The notes under the pieces were generated by a model, which saw only the letters and a list, made by a program, of their open reading frames with translations, did not search any database and was not told the origin of the DNA. A stretch of DNA of 64,000 bases from Squalus acanthias (lineage: Eukaryota). Each line of letters opens with the position of its first letter. Position 1 is the stretch's first letter. Location of the stretch: assembly GCA_030390025.1 (NCBI GenBank), contig CM059432.1:98768001-98832000 (forward strand), read 5' to 3'. Shown here piece after piece: positions 39,938 through 52,273 of this stretch. A program made the position numbers and the translations under genes.

Positions 39938-40548
39938 ATCATAGAATCATAGATATTTACAGCACAGAAGGAGGCCATTCAGCCATCTTGTCCGTGCCGG
40001 CCGACAAAGAGCTATCCAACCTAATCCCACTTTCCAGCACTTGGTCCATAGCCTTGTAGGTTATGGCACTTCAAGTGCATATCCAAGTACTTTTTAAATG
40101 TGATGAAGGTCTCTGCCTCTACCACCCTTTCAGGCAGTGAGTTCCAGACCCCCACCACCCTCTGAGTGAAAACATTTTTCCTCAAATGCCCTCTAAACTT
40201 CCGACCAATTACTTTAAATCTATGCCCCCTGGTTATTGACCTCTCTGCTAAGGGAAATGGGTCCTTCCTATCTACTCTATCTAGGCCCCTCATAATTTTA
40301 TACACCTCAATTAGGTCTCCCCTCAGCCTCCTCTGTTCCAAAGAAAACAACCCCAGCCTATCCAATCTTTCCTCATAGCTAAAATTCCCCAGCCCAGGCA
40401 ACATCCTCGTAAATCTCCTCTGCACCTCCTCTAGTGCAATCACATCCTTTCGGTAATGTGGTGACCAGAACTACACGCAGTATTCTAGCTGCAGCATAAT
40501 TCATGTTTAATACAGTTCAAGCATAACCTCCCTGCTCTTATATTCTAT
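39938..40548 (-). mobile_element. CR1 3' fragment
   Basis: ALEEVQRRFTRMLPG...GYGPSAGKWD; (TCTATGAT)n tail. Confidence 0.95.
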
Positions 40549-42988
40549 AAGATTGACCATAACATGGTTGAATTCCATATTCAATTAGAGGGTGAGAAGG
40601 TTGGATCTCAAACAAGCGTGCTAAGCTTGAATAAAGGTGACTATGAAGTTATGCGAGCCGAATTGAGTAGAGTGGATTGGGAAAATAGATTAAAGGGTAA
40701 GACGACACATGATCAGTGGTGTACATTCAAGGAGTTATTTTACAACTTCCAAAAAAAATATATTCCACTGAAAAGAAAAGGGTGTAGAAGAAAGGACAGT
40801 CATCCGTGGCTAAGTAAAGAAATTAAGGATAGTATTCGACTAAAAACAAGGGCATATAAGGTAGCGAAATCTAGTGGGAGGACAGAGGATTGGGAAAACT
40901 TTAAAAGGCAGCAAAAAATAACAAAAAGATTGATTAAGAAAGGGAAGATAGATTATGAAAGTAAATTAGCAAAAAATATAAAAACAGATAGTAAGAGTTT
41001 TTATAGTTATATAAAAAGAAAAAGGGTGGCTAAAGTAAATGTTGGTCCCTTAGAGGATGAGACCGGGAAATTAATGGTGGGAAATATGGAGATGGCAAAA
41101 ACACTGAATGAATATTTTGTATCAGTCTTTACAGTAGAGGACACTAAGAATATCCCAACACTGGACAAACAGGGGGCTATAGGGGGAGAGGAGCTAAACA
41201 CGATCAAAATCACTAAGGAAGTGGTACTCGGTAAAATAATGGGACTCAAGGCGGATAAATCACCTGGACCTGATGGCTTACATCCTAGAGTCTTGAAGGA
41301 AGTGGCGGTAGGGATTGTAGATGCATTGGTAATAATTTTTCAAAACTCCCTGGATTCCGCTAAGGTCCCGGCAGACTGGAAAACTGCTAATGTAACACCC
41401 TTATTTAAAAAGGGCAGTAGACAGAAGGCTGGTAACTATAGACCGGTTAGCCTAATATCTGTGGTAGGTAAAATTTTGGAGTCCATTATTAAGGAAACAG
41501 TAACAGGACATTTGGATAATCATAATTTAATAGGATAAAGTCAGCATGGTTTTACGAAGGGGAAGTCATGTTTGACAAATTTGCTGGAGTTCTTTGAGGA
41601 AGTAACATATAGAGTGGATAAAGGGGAACCAGTGGACGTAGTGTATTTAGACTTCCAAAAGGCATTTGACAAGGTGCCACACAAAAGATTATTGCTTAAG
41701 GTAAAAAATCACGGGATTGGGGGTAATATTCTGGCATGGATAGAGGATTGGCTATCTAACAGAAAGCAAAGAGTTGGGATAAATGGTTCATTCTCAGACT
41801 GGCAATCAGTAACTAGTGGTGTTCCACAGGGGTCAGTGCTGGGTCCCCAACTCTTCACAATCTATATTAACGATTTGGAGGAAGGGACCAAGTGTAACAT
41901 ATCAAAATTTGCAGATGATACTAAGATGGGAGGGAAAGTAGTGAGTGAGGAGGACATAAAAAACCTGCAAGGGGACATAGACAGACTAAGTAAGTGGGCA
42001 GAGATTTGGCAGATGGAATACAACACTGGAAAGTGTGAGGTGATGCACTTTGGCAGGAAAAATCCTAGAGCAATTTATTATCTTAATGGCAAGAAACTGG
42101 AGAGTACTGAAGTGCAAAGGGATCTGGGGGTCCTGGTGCACGAAACTCAAAAGGTTAGTATGCAGGTGCAGCAAGTGATTAAGAAGGCAAATGGAATGTT
42201 GGCTTTCATTGCTAGGGGGATAGAATATAAAAATAGGGAGGTATTGCTTCAGTTGTACAAGGTATTGGTGAGACCGCACCTGGAATACTGCATACAGTTT
42301 TGGTGTCCTTACTTAAGGAAAGACATCCTTGCTCTCGAGGCAGTGCAAAAAAGGTTCACTCGGTTAATCCCGGGGATGAGGGGGTGGTCATATGAGGAGA
42401 GGTTGGGTAGATTGGGACTCTACTCATTGGAGTTCAGAAGAATGAGAGGCGATCTTATTGAAACATATAAGATTGTGAAGGGGTTGGATCGGGTGGATGC
42501 GGGGAGGATGTTCCCGATGACGGGTGAGACTAGAACTAGGGGACATAGTCTTAGAATAAGGGGCTGCTCTTTCAAAACTGAGATGAGGAGGAACTACTTC
42601 ACTCAGAGGGTGGTAGGTCCATGGAATATGCTGCCACAAAAAGCTGTAGAAGCTACATCATTAAATAAATTTAAAACAGAAATAGACAGTTTCCTAGAAG
42701 TAAAGGGCATTAAGGGTTACGGGGAGCGGGCAGGAATTTAGACATGAGTCTAGGTTCGGATCAGTCATGGCCCTGTGGGTAGTGGAGCGGGCCCAGGGAC
42801 TGTGTAGCCTGATTCTGCTCCTATTTTGTGTGTGCAATTCTGTTAGATGCAGGAGATGGTTCTGTGATAGTAGATAGTAGATTGGCGGTTAGGATCAGAT
42901 CAGCCATGATCTTATTGAATGGTGGAGCAGGCTCGAGGGGCCGATTGGCCTACTCCTGCTCCTATTTCTTATGTTCTTATGTTCTTAT
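40549..42988 (+). mobile_element. Young CR1 LINE, truncated at the end of the endonuclease
   Basis: Continuous ORF2 frame; (TTCTTATG)n tail. Confidence 0.96.
40564..42741 (+). pseudogene. CR1 ORF2 RT, open except for one TAA at 41536-41538
   Basis: ORFs 40564-41538 and 41572-42741 share a frame (NLIG*SQHGF). Confidence 0.93.
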
Positions 42989-44779
42989 TGCACGACACTC
43001 ACTGACATTCTTCCCTTCCTCTTGCAGGAGAAGTTGGCGCGCAACTGGAGGCAGCAGAGTCTAACCAGAGAGGGAGAGGTGGCCTGCATGTTCTAACCCC
43101 TATGGAGGAGACGGGGCTGGGCTGGCCATTATGGGAAGGGCCATTGCTGAGGCCGAGGCCACCAGCGATTGAAGATAAGAGTATCCGCATACCCAATCCT
43201 CCTTCTCTCATCACACTCAGAGGGTTGTGAATCTTTGGAATTCTCTATCTGAAAGGGTTGTGGATGCTGAGTCATTGAGTATGGGCTGAGATAGATAGAT
43301 TTTTAGACTCTAGGGGAATCAAGGGATATGGAGATCGGGCGGGAAAGTGGAGTTGAGGTCGATGATCAGCCATGTTCTAATTGAATGGCGGAGCAGGCTC
43401 GAAGGGTCGTATGGCCTACTCCTGCTCCTAATTCTTATATTCTTATGTTCGCCCTCATCCCAAAATCTCTTCTGATTGAGAAGCTGCCAATGGTGGAAGC
43501 ATGCACATCTTACTTTCTCCTCTCCGCTCACCACAATCCTTTCAGATACCCAAGAGCTGCAACCTTCCCAGGCAGTGGAGGAAGAACAAGAAGACTGTGA
43601 GGATGACGAGGTACCATCACTCAATCTCACAGTTGCAGGCACCAGTTCAGATACTGACACTGCGTGTAATTTAGAGGATAGGATAAAGGTGGGATCTGTC
43701 TGTGGTGAGACACCGGGCACAAGTGCACTGCAGCCAGGAGAATGAGGTTGCATACTAGTTTTGCTACAGAGGATTCCAATGATGACTTTGATGGGCCAGG
43801 CTACAGAAGAAGGCTGATGGGTGTACACACCCAAATGCTTGGTGCACTGGAAAGCTTGCCAGAAAGCCTGCGTTCAATATCAAGGAGCATGGAGGAGTCA
43901 GGCAGCAACTTGACACAGGGCTTTGCGCAGAGCTTGAAGCCCATTCTTTCCAACGTGGAATGGGTGGCTACCTTCAACAGCACACCATGGAACCAACCCT
44001 GCTGCAGCATCTGGTGGCCGATGTCTCAGCTTCCATTGCAGCACACACAGCATCTACCCAATGTCTGAGTGCCGCAGTGGAAGCTCACCTGCTGTCATGC
44101 AATCACAGCTTGCTGCCATGGAAGCTCAGACTGCTGCCATCATGGCCATGCATACCAGTGTGCAAAGGAGCTTCCAGGGCATCACAGCACTCCAGCAATC
44201 TGGCCTCCTCCTGAGAGCCCTTCTCCCCCTCCTGCTCCTCCCTCTTCTAGCAGCTTGTCCTGCTATGCGTGGCCTCTGCTCATTCTCCCAGTCATGCTCA
44301 ATGTCAAGAGAAAACCCTAATAGGCCACCCATGTCTGGAAGCAACTGATTCACCAAAAATGTACTTCAGCACCAGCCACACCACTCCCTGTAGACTATTG
44401 AAAATTTTAACAAGTATGGCAAAGCATCCAAAATGCATAGAATAGCAGCAACTGCCGGAAGAAATAATCCAGCAACTAACCTGTAAGTAGTTGATGATAC
44501 CTTTAAATAGCCTGGTGGGGGGTCCTTCATGTTGTTGAATGCTTGTTTAGCTGTGGGAGGTTAAGAAAGTGCATAGGCTGGAGTGTGGAGTTCCAAAGTG
44601 TCAACGTTGTTTGCCGATATGATCTACCTGCTCTGCATGCTGCAAGTGGTCTTTAAGTGCATGCGGGCTACCCCCTTTACAAATATGGCACCCGGCAAAC
44701 TTGCCATTGGAATTGTGTGTGCATGTCGTGGTCGCCATTTTGGTAGTTTAAGAGGCTTCGTAGTTTTGTCCCTGTTGGT

Positions 44780-45165
44780 TTTAAGGAGTGTTTTAATGGT
44801 CGAAAGAGTGGTGAAGAGGCACAGAGGTTTAGAGAGGGAATTCCAAAGCTTCGGGCCTAAACAGCTGAAGGCACGGCCACCAATAATAGGGCGAAGGAAG
44901 TTCAGGATGCACAAGAGGCCAACATTAGAGGAATGCAGAGCACTCAGAGGATTGTTAGGCTCGAGGAGGTCACAGAGAAAGGGAGGAGTGAGGCCAGGAG
45001 CCAATATAGGTCAGCGAGCACAGAGGTGATGGGTGAATGGGACTTAGTGCTAGTTAGGATATGGGCAACAGAGTTTTGGATGAGCTTAAATTTATGGAGA
45101 GTGGAAGATGGGAGGCTGGCCAAGAGAGCATAGGACTTGTCAAGGCTGGAGGTATCAAAAGCATG
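44780..45165 (-). mobile_element. L2 3' fragment
   Basis: IGGRAFSCLGPKLWNSL...KTLLKT. Confidence 0.8.
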
Positions 45166-45189
45166 GTAACAAAATCAATGCCAACATGA

Positions 45190-45680
45190 CAGATCACTGC
45201 AATATTACCAAGTGGCAGGATTCCCCATGGCCCAATGAGTGATAAATGTCAGTAACGTTCTCTCCGTATCAAAATGTCCAGATATATGTCACAGAAAAGG
45301 ATACCACACTCTGTGTCCAGCTTATTTGCGGCCAGCGACAGACCATCATGCAAGCGAATGTAAGCTTTCCTGACAGCTGCCACAATGCCTTTATTTGAGG
45401 GAGCTCCATAGTACCAGTACTCTTTAACCTGGCAATGCAAGAGTCTGCATGGTTCCTTGGAGATAAAGGCTATCTTATACAACCTTGGCTGTTGATATAT
45501 CTAACCAGCTCGATAATCGGCTCATTTATCCATCAAAATTATCACTAAACACACCACAGGCAAGCTGAAGGTGCGGCCTAGGTATCTGAATCAACCTGGA
45601 GCATCCTACAGTATAGTTCAGCAAAGGTCTCTCAGACCATGCTGGTGCGCTGCATGCTGACTACTTTGCCTGATAAAAAG
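45190..45680 (+). pseudogene. Harbinger transposase remnant
   Basis: VAGFP, LGDKGY, PWL and QYSSAKVSQTMLVRCML motifs. Confidence 0.72.
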
Positions 45681-45884
45681 TCATTGTCATTGGAGGATCT
45701 GGTAGATTACATAGAATGTACAGCACAGAAATAGGCTAACTGATCTATTATGATATTTATACTCCACACAAGCCCCCTCTCACTCTAATTACTAAAAGAC
45801 TTCTGATAATACCTGCCCTTTAAGCTGAAGCAGGCATTTGAAGCCTGTAGCAGCGCACTATTTCCCATCGACAAATGGGTGAGC

Positions 45885-46852
45885 CAATAATCTTCAGCTG
45901 CTTCATCAATGACCTTCCCTCCATCATAAGGTCAGAAGTGGGGATGTTCCCTGATGACTGCACAGTGTTCAATTCCAGTCACAACTCCTCAGATAATGAA
46001 GCCGTCCATGCCCGAATGCAACAAGACCTGGACAACATTCAGGCTTGGGCTGATAAGTGGCAAGTAACATTCGCACCACACAAGTCCAGGCAATGACCAT
46101 CTCCAACAAGAGAAAATATAACCACCTCTCCTTGACATTCAGTGGCATTACCATCATCAAATCCCCCACCATCAACATCCTGGGGGTCACCATTGACCAG
46201 AAACTTAACTGGACCAGCCACAGAAATACTGTGGCTACAAGAGCAGGTCAGAGGCTGGGTATTCTGCAGTGAGTGCCTCACCTCCTTACTCCCTAAAGCC
46301 TTTCCACCATCATCAAGGCACAAGTTAGGGGCGTGATGGAATACTCTCCACTTGCCTGGATGAGTGCAGCTCCAACAACACTCAAGAAGCTCGACACCAT
46401 CCAGTACAAAGCAGTCTGCTTGATTGGCACCCCATCCACCACCTTAAACATTCACTCCCTCCACCACTGGCGCACTGTGGCTGCAGTGTGTACCATCTAC
46501 AAGATACACTGCAGCAACTCGCCAAGGCTTCTTTGGCAGCACCTCCCAAACCCGCGATCTCTTCCACCTAGAAGGATAAGGGCTGCAGGCGCATGAGAAC
46601 ACCACCACCTCCAAGTTCCCCTCCAAGTCACACACCATCCTTACTTGGAAATATATCGCCGTTCCTTCAGTGTCGCTGGGTCAAAATCCTGGAACTCCCT
46701 ACCGAACAGCACTGTGGGAGTACCTTCACCACATGGACTGCAGCGGTTCAAGAAGGCGGCTCACTACCACCTTGTTCAAGGGAAATTAGGAATGGGCAAT
46801 AAATGCTGGCCTTGCCAGCAATGCCCACATCCCATAAACGAATAAAAAAAAT
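45885..46852 (+). mobile_element. 5'-truncated copy of the SINE-headed LINE family
   Basis: High identity to 37765-38733, including the tail. Confidence 0.94.
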
Positions 46853-47559
46853 CGGAGGTTTTTCCAATCGCTTGCCCCGATTATTCAAGTGAACCTGACC
46901 TCAGAAATTAAGGTAGAGTTAGCACTTACCATGTTAGGCAGGTAGGAGTCCTGCTTTGCTTCACTTTGGAAAGCGGATTGTGTCTATCTATGCTGATATA
47001 TCCGAAATATGTTACATAGAATAAAGGATATAGGGAAGGATGTTGGAAAGGGCTACTCATAAAATTATTACACCCAAAATGAAATTATAGCTTTATAATC
47101 CTGTCATGGTATCTGTTATTTAATGTAATAATAATTTGCATTTACTGTGTCTCACTAATGTGGCTTCTCCTGTGATTTTTCTTGTGTGTGAAAGGAGCAA
47201 TTTTGTTTGGTAGCTTTCATTTTTGTCAACTCTGAAGTACTATTATTTATATGATAAAAGGAAAGAATCTGACCAGTTTGGTGAAATAAAATATTGCGAT
47301 AACATGCCTGACAAAAATGTTGCAGTGATTTTACTCCAGCAAATGACTGAGAATTATTGGCGTCAAATGTACAGACTTTACTCCAGCGTCATAGATTGAG
47401 GTTTGGACTGCGTGTGATTTTTATCTCCAGTGGAGTAAGCCACATAGCTATTCAGAATGTGCAGCATGGCTAAAATCAATTGGATCCAACTTCACCCACT
47501 TTCCAATAATTGGCAGCATTCGTGGGGTTTTTAGTTTAGTTAAACCTATGTCCAAATTT

Positions 47560-47824
47560 GTTCTGACGAAAGGTCTTCGACCTGAAGCGTTAACTCTGTT
47601 TCTCTCTCCACAGATGCTGCCTGACCTGCTGAGCAATGATTCCTCTAAGCTGTGCGGCTGCATGGCTGCGCAGCTCTGTGCCAGTCCCATGCTGCCCAGG
47701 ACTGGCTTTTCCAATGTTAAATTTCACGCATGCGCAAAACTGTGAATGGGCCACGCACCCAAAAGAAAATTTGGGGGAACATTGCTGCTGAGTATTTCCA
47801 GCATTTTCTGTTTTTATTTCAGAA
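47560..47824 (+). mobile_element. Penelope-like terminal fragment, hammerhead core mutated (GAAG)
   Basis: Same family as 25079-25423. Confidence 0.75.
47634..47784. mobile_element. hAT-type MITE (151 bp)
   Basis: 8-bp TSD CTGCTGAG; TIR CAATG(A)TTCC...GGAACATTG. Confidence 0.85.
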
Positions 47825-47927
47825 TTTGTGGATCAACCTGGGGCATCCTGCAGAATAGTCCAGCCAAGGTCTCACAGATTATGCTGGTGTGCTGCATGCT
47901 GACTACTTTGCCATATAGAAAGGCATT

Positions 47928-48678
47928 GGCCCTGAATTTCCAATCGGCAGCTTCCTGAGGGCGGATGCCTCCGATCAGAAAAAATTCTACGAACCTACCT
48001 GCTGGTTCCGTAGCTACCGAGGCTTCCGCTCCTGGGCCTCTCCTCTTCAAAATGCACAGAGGCCCACGTGATCCCAGGGGCGCATGCGGTTCGCAAGCAC
48101 CCTGGGATCACATGGGCCAGCCCAACCAATGGAAGAAGGGAATCCCCCTTCATACTTTTGACAGTTCCGTACGTACAGAACTGTCAAAAGTATGAATGGG
48201 GATGACTGCAAAAATGCACCAACACACTGAAATAAATAAAGAAAAACCATTACATATATAAAATTAATAAAAATGGCATTTGTTAAACAAAAATGTAATT
48301 TTTTGAAATTTTTAAAAATATTTTTTAACGGGGCTTAATAGAACCTTACCTTATTGGACAGGGTTTTTAATTTATAAGTGAGTGATAAAATCTTATTTTT
48401 CTCTTTTTTTAAACTCTTATGCTGGTAAAAGCAGGACTTATGCCTGCTTTTACCAGGCGTAAGAATTCTACGGCCTTTCAGCAGGCGGAAGTTGAGAAAA
48501 TAACACAACTCTCCACCTGCAGAGGCACTTTTCTTGGGCATGCAGATGATCTGTCAAGAGAATTCTTGACAGATCGCAAGTTCCGGGTTTTAACACATGC
48601 CTAAATCTGGAACTTGCGTGGCCCCTATGGGCGCGTACATACCTCGTATGCACCCGTGGGGGACGGAAATTCAGGTCC
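47928..48678. mobile_element. Harbinger-type MITE
   Basis: TIR GGCCCTGAATTTCC/GGAAATTCAGGTCC; TSD ATT; paralogous empty site at 45683. Confidence 0.92.
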
Positions 48679-49062
48679 ATTGTCATTGGAGACCTTGGAG
48701 GATTACATAGAATCTACAGCACAGAATACGGCCAACTGCTCTCTTCTGATGTTTATGCTCCACACAAGCTTCTTCCCATTCTAATTACCAGAAAACTTCT
48801 GATAATGCCTGCCCCTTTAATCTGAAGCAGGCATTTGACAGTCTACTGCAACTTAATGACTGGACTGCTGTTTTTCGCATGCCAGTAAACCTATATTAAA
48901 ATTAGTAACCAGGCTGAATATGCCCTCAATATTTTTAGTTTATTGCAAACATCCTGCAAATGAAGCATTGTTTTAGGATTAATTCCTTCAATTGCATCTA
49001 TAAGGTCCTAAATTACACAATGATAGGAAATGTTTTACAGATGTTAAAATGGCTGGAAATGG

Positions 49063-49145
49063 CTGACGAAGGAGCAGCCGCTCCGAAAGCTTGTGATTTC
49101 AAATAAAACTGTTGGACTATAACCTGGTGTTGTGCGACTTCTCAC
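49063..49145 (+). ncRNA. Penelope-type end with hammerhead core, stem I 5' arm lost
   Basis: CTGACGA-A-GGAGC agcc GCTCC-GAAA-GCTT. Confidence 0.62.
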
Positions 49146-52100
49146 TTTTTTACTTTCAAAGCTGTAAAGAACAATTGGTGACAAAGGTCAACTTTGCCAT
49201 ACGCTTTAGGCACAATTTGACCTCCTCAGTACAAAACGTAACAAAAGCTTCACATCAGTGTACACAATCTCACTGACTCTGCTTGAGACTAATAGAGAGG
49301 GAAGATAATTCATCATTCACAGAACTGAAAATTAATCCACATTTTTTTCAAAGGATGAAATATGACATTTCTGGCTGCTTCAGCAATTACTTTTTTAAAC
49401 TCCAGCTATTGTTGATAAAGTTCATAACCTTTGAAATATGACATTATTTTATTTAGACAAAAAGGTCACATTTGATTTTTAATTTAAGATTAGCATCAGT
49501 TGTCTCTTGAACGGAACAATAAAATGTAAAAAGATTTTAAATACTTAACCTACTACCTGTGTAACATCTCACCAAGCTTATTTTATCCTGTAGAAACACT
49601 CAGGAAAAACAACCTTTGGAGTACAGTTCTGTTTCCAAGAGAACTACATCACCAGATAAATTGAATAAATCATCAATATACATTGTTACAACACAAGTAT
49701 TTGTCAGAACAGAATGATGGTTATTATGGCCAAAATGCTTCATTTTCTTTGATTTCTGTAATAAATTTAATGATGAAAGTATATTTCTGTTCAAAATCTT
49801 ATTTTAATAAAGAAAAACTCACCACAAGTTTGACTATTTACTATTATTTAAATATTTTAGCCTGAACTCATCCAACATCTCACAATATTCCATTAAAATA
49901 ATTACCACAAAACAAGTGCAAACAACATTACTTTCAGCTCTTGTTCAAATCAATCAGGCATATTTAATGACTTACTTGGTTGTGCAATTATAGGTTATTC
50001 AATTGTTAGTTCTCATATTTTGGTAATTTGGAGTAATTATTCTTCAGTTTGTGAATCTTAGCGGAAAGGTAAATATGAGTAAAGATTGATGGATAAATAA
50101 CCCATGTTTATCACTGTTCTGAGCATTCCTATCCCTCAAGAATAGGAGTTAAAACACTCAAAGAAAAGCTAAAAATAGCCAATTAAGCTTAAGGCCTTGT
50201 CAAAGATAATTACGGAGAAACTCAGGCAGCATTTAGGTCGAAGACAACCTGGAGTATTGTGATAAAAACAAAATTGTGAACACAGAAGAGCAATGAATAT
50301 CACAAAAGCAAATAAGTTTGTCATTGCAGGTGCACGACACTTGGCAACTACTTTTTCATTGTTGCTACCAAAATTTGTTGGTGTTTGACGAAGATGTTTT
50401 ACTTCCTTTTTTTTAAGAAAAGGGGAATGTCAGCCCTTTTCTAAGCTAAGCAATAACTTTGAGCTCTTTGGTGGATCAGAAAGTTTATAACTGAAAGCAA
50501 ATAACTGAACCATGCCGATCAGGAAGCTCCCACTTGAGTTAGCTGTTCTCAGTCAGAGTGGTGGTTAGAGCGCCATGATTAGAGAGAAGATTGACCGAGA
50601 TATCTGCTCCTGATGGCTATCCAGTGACCCCTGCTGGAAGTGTGTCTGGCTGATTTGAGTGAGGACAAGATCAGGCTCCATTGTGATGCCCTCCAGGCTG
50701 ACGTTCTTTGTCAAATCTTAGACCAGATTGATTGGCACCTGTGGAAACATAGAAACATAGAAGATAGGAGCAGGAGTAGGCCATTTGGGCCCTCGAGCCT
50801 GCTCCGACATTTAATGAGATCATGGCTGATCATCCAAATTCAGTACCCTGTCCCTGCTTTCTCCCCATATCCCTTGATCCCTTTAGCCTTAAGAAATATA
50901 TCTAACTCCTTCTTGAATATATTTAATTAATTGGCCTCAACTGCCTTCTGTGGTAGAGAATACCACAGGTTCACCACTCTCTGGGTGAAGAAATTCCTCC
51001 TCATCTCAGTCCTAAATGGCTTACCCCTTATCCTTAAACTGTGACCCCTGGTTCTGGACTCCCCCACCATCGGGAACATCCTTCCTGCATCTAGTCTGTC
51101 TAGTCCTGTTAGAATTTTATAAGGTTCAATGAGATCCCCTTTCATTCTTCTAAACTCTAGCGAATACAAGCCCAATCGACCCAATCCCTCTTCATACGTC
51201 ATTCCTGCCATCCCAGGTATCAGTCTGGTAAATCTTCGCTGCACTCCCTCCATGGCAAGAACATCCTTCCTCAGATAAGGCAACCAAAACTGCACACAAT
51301 ACTCAAGGTGTGGTCTCACCAAGGCCCTGCACAACTGCAGCAAGACATCCTTGCTCCTGTACTCGAATCCTCTCACTATGAAGGCCAACATACCATTTGC
51401 CTTCTTAACCGCCTGCTGCACCTGCATGCTTACCTTCAGCGACTGGTGAACAAGGACACCCAGGTCTCGTTGCACTTCCCCTTCTTCCAATCTATTGCCA
51501 TTCAGATAATAATCTGCCTTCCTGTTTTTGCTACCAAAGTGGATAACCTCGCACTTATCCACATTATACTGCATCTGCCATGCATCTGCCCAATCACCCA
51601 GCCTGTCCAAATCATACTGGAGTTTCTCTGCATTCTCCTCACAGCACACACGCCCACCCAGCTTTGTGTCGTCTGCAAACTTGGAGATATTACATCTAGT
51701 TCCCTCATCTAGATCATTTATATATATATTGTGAATAGCTGGGGTCCTAGCACCGATCTCTGCGGTACCCCACTAGTCACTGCCTGCCACTCGGAAAAAG
51801 ACCCGTTTATTCCAACTCTTTGCTTCCTGTCTGGCAACCAGTTCTCTATCCAAGTCAGTACCTTACCCCCAATCCCATGTGCTTTAACTTTGCACGCTAA
51901 TCTTTTATGCGGGACCTTGTCGAAAGCCTTCTGAAAGTCCAAATACACCACATCCACTGTTTCTCCCTTATCTATTCTACCAGTTACATCCTCAAAAAAT
52001 TCCAGTAGATTAGTCAAGCATGATTTACCTTTTGTAAATTCATGTTGACTTTGTCCGATCCTGTCACTGTTTTCCAAGTGCTCTGCTGTTACATCTTTTA

Positions 52101-52273
52101 TAATGGACTCTAGCATTTTCCCCACTACCGATGTCAGGCTTACCGGTCTATAATTCCCCGTTTTCTCTCTACCACCTTTTTTAAATAGTGGGGTTACATT
52201 AGCTACCCTCCAATCCATGGGAACTGTTCCAGAGTCTATAGAATTTTGGAAGATGACCAGCAATGCATCTATT

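Larger units (their letters stand above)
39830..44750 (+). mobile_element. Harbinger remnant with Myb gene exons 2-3, interrupted by CR1 insertions
   Basis: Colinear with the 31807-34417 gene (TTGCAG|GAGAAG at ~43028; DTQELQPSQAVEE; RRRLMGVHTQMLGAL). Confidence 0.82.

Noticed and set aside
49594..49696. Possible host exon (CCTGTAG acceptor, one open frame NTQEKQPLEY...)
   Set aside because: Weak donor and no recognisable protein; not supportable from sequence alone.
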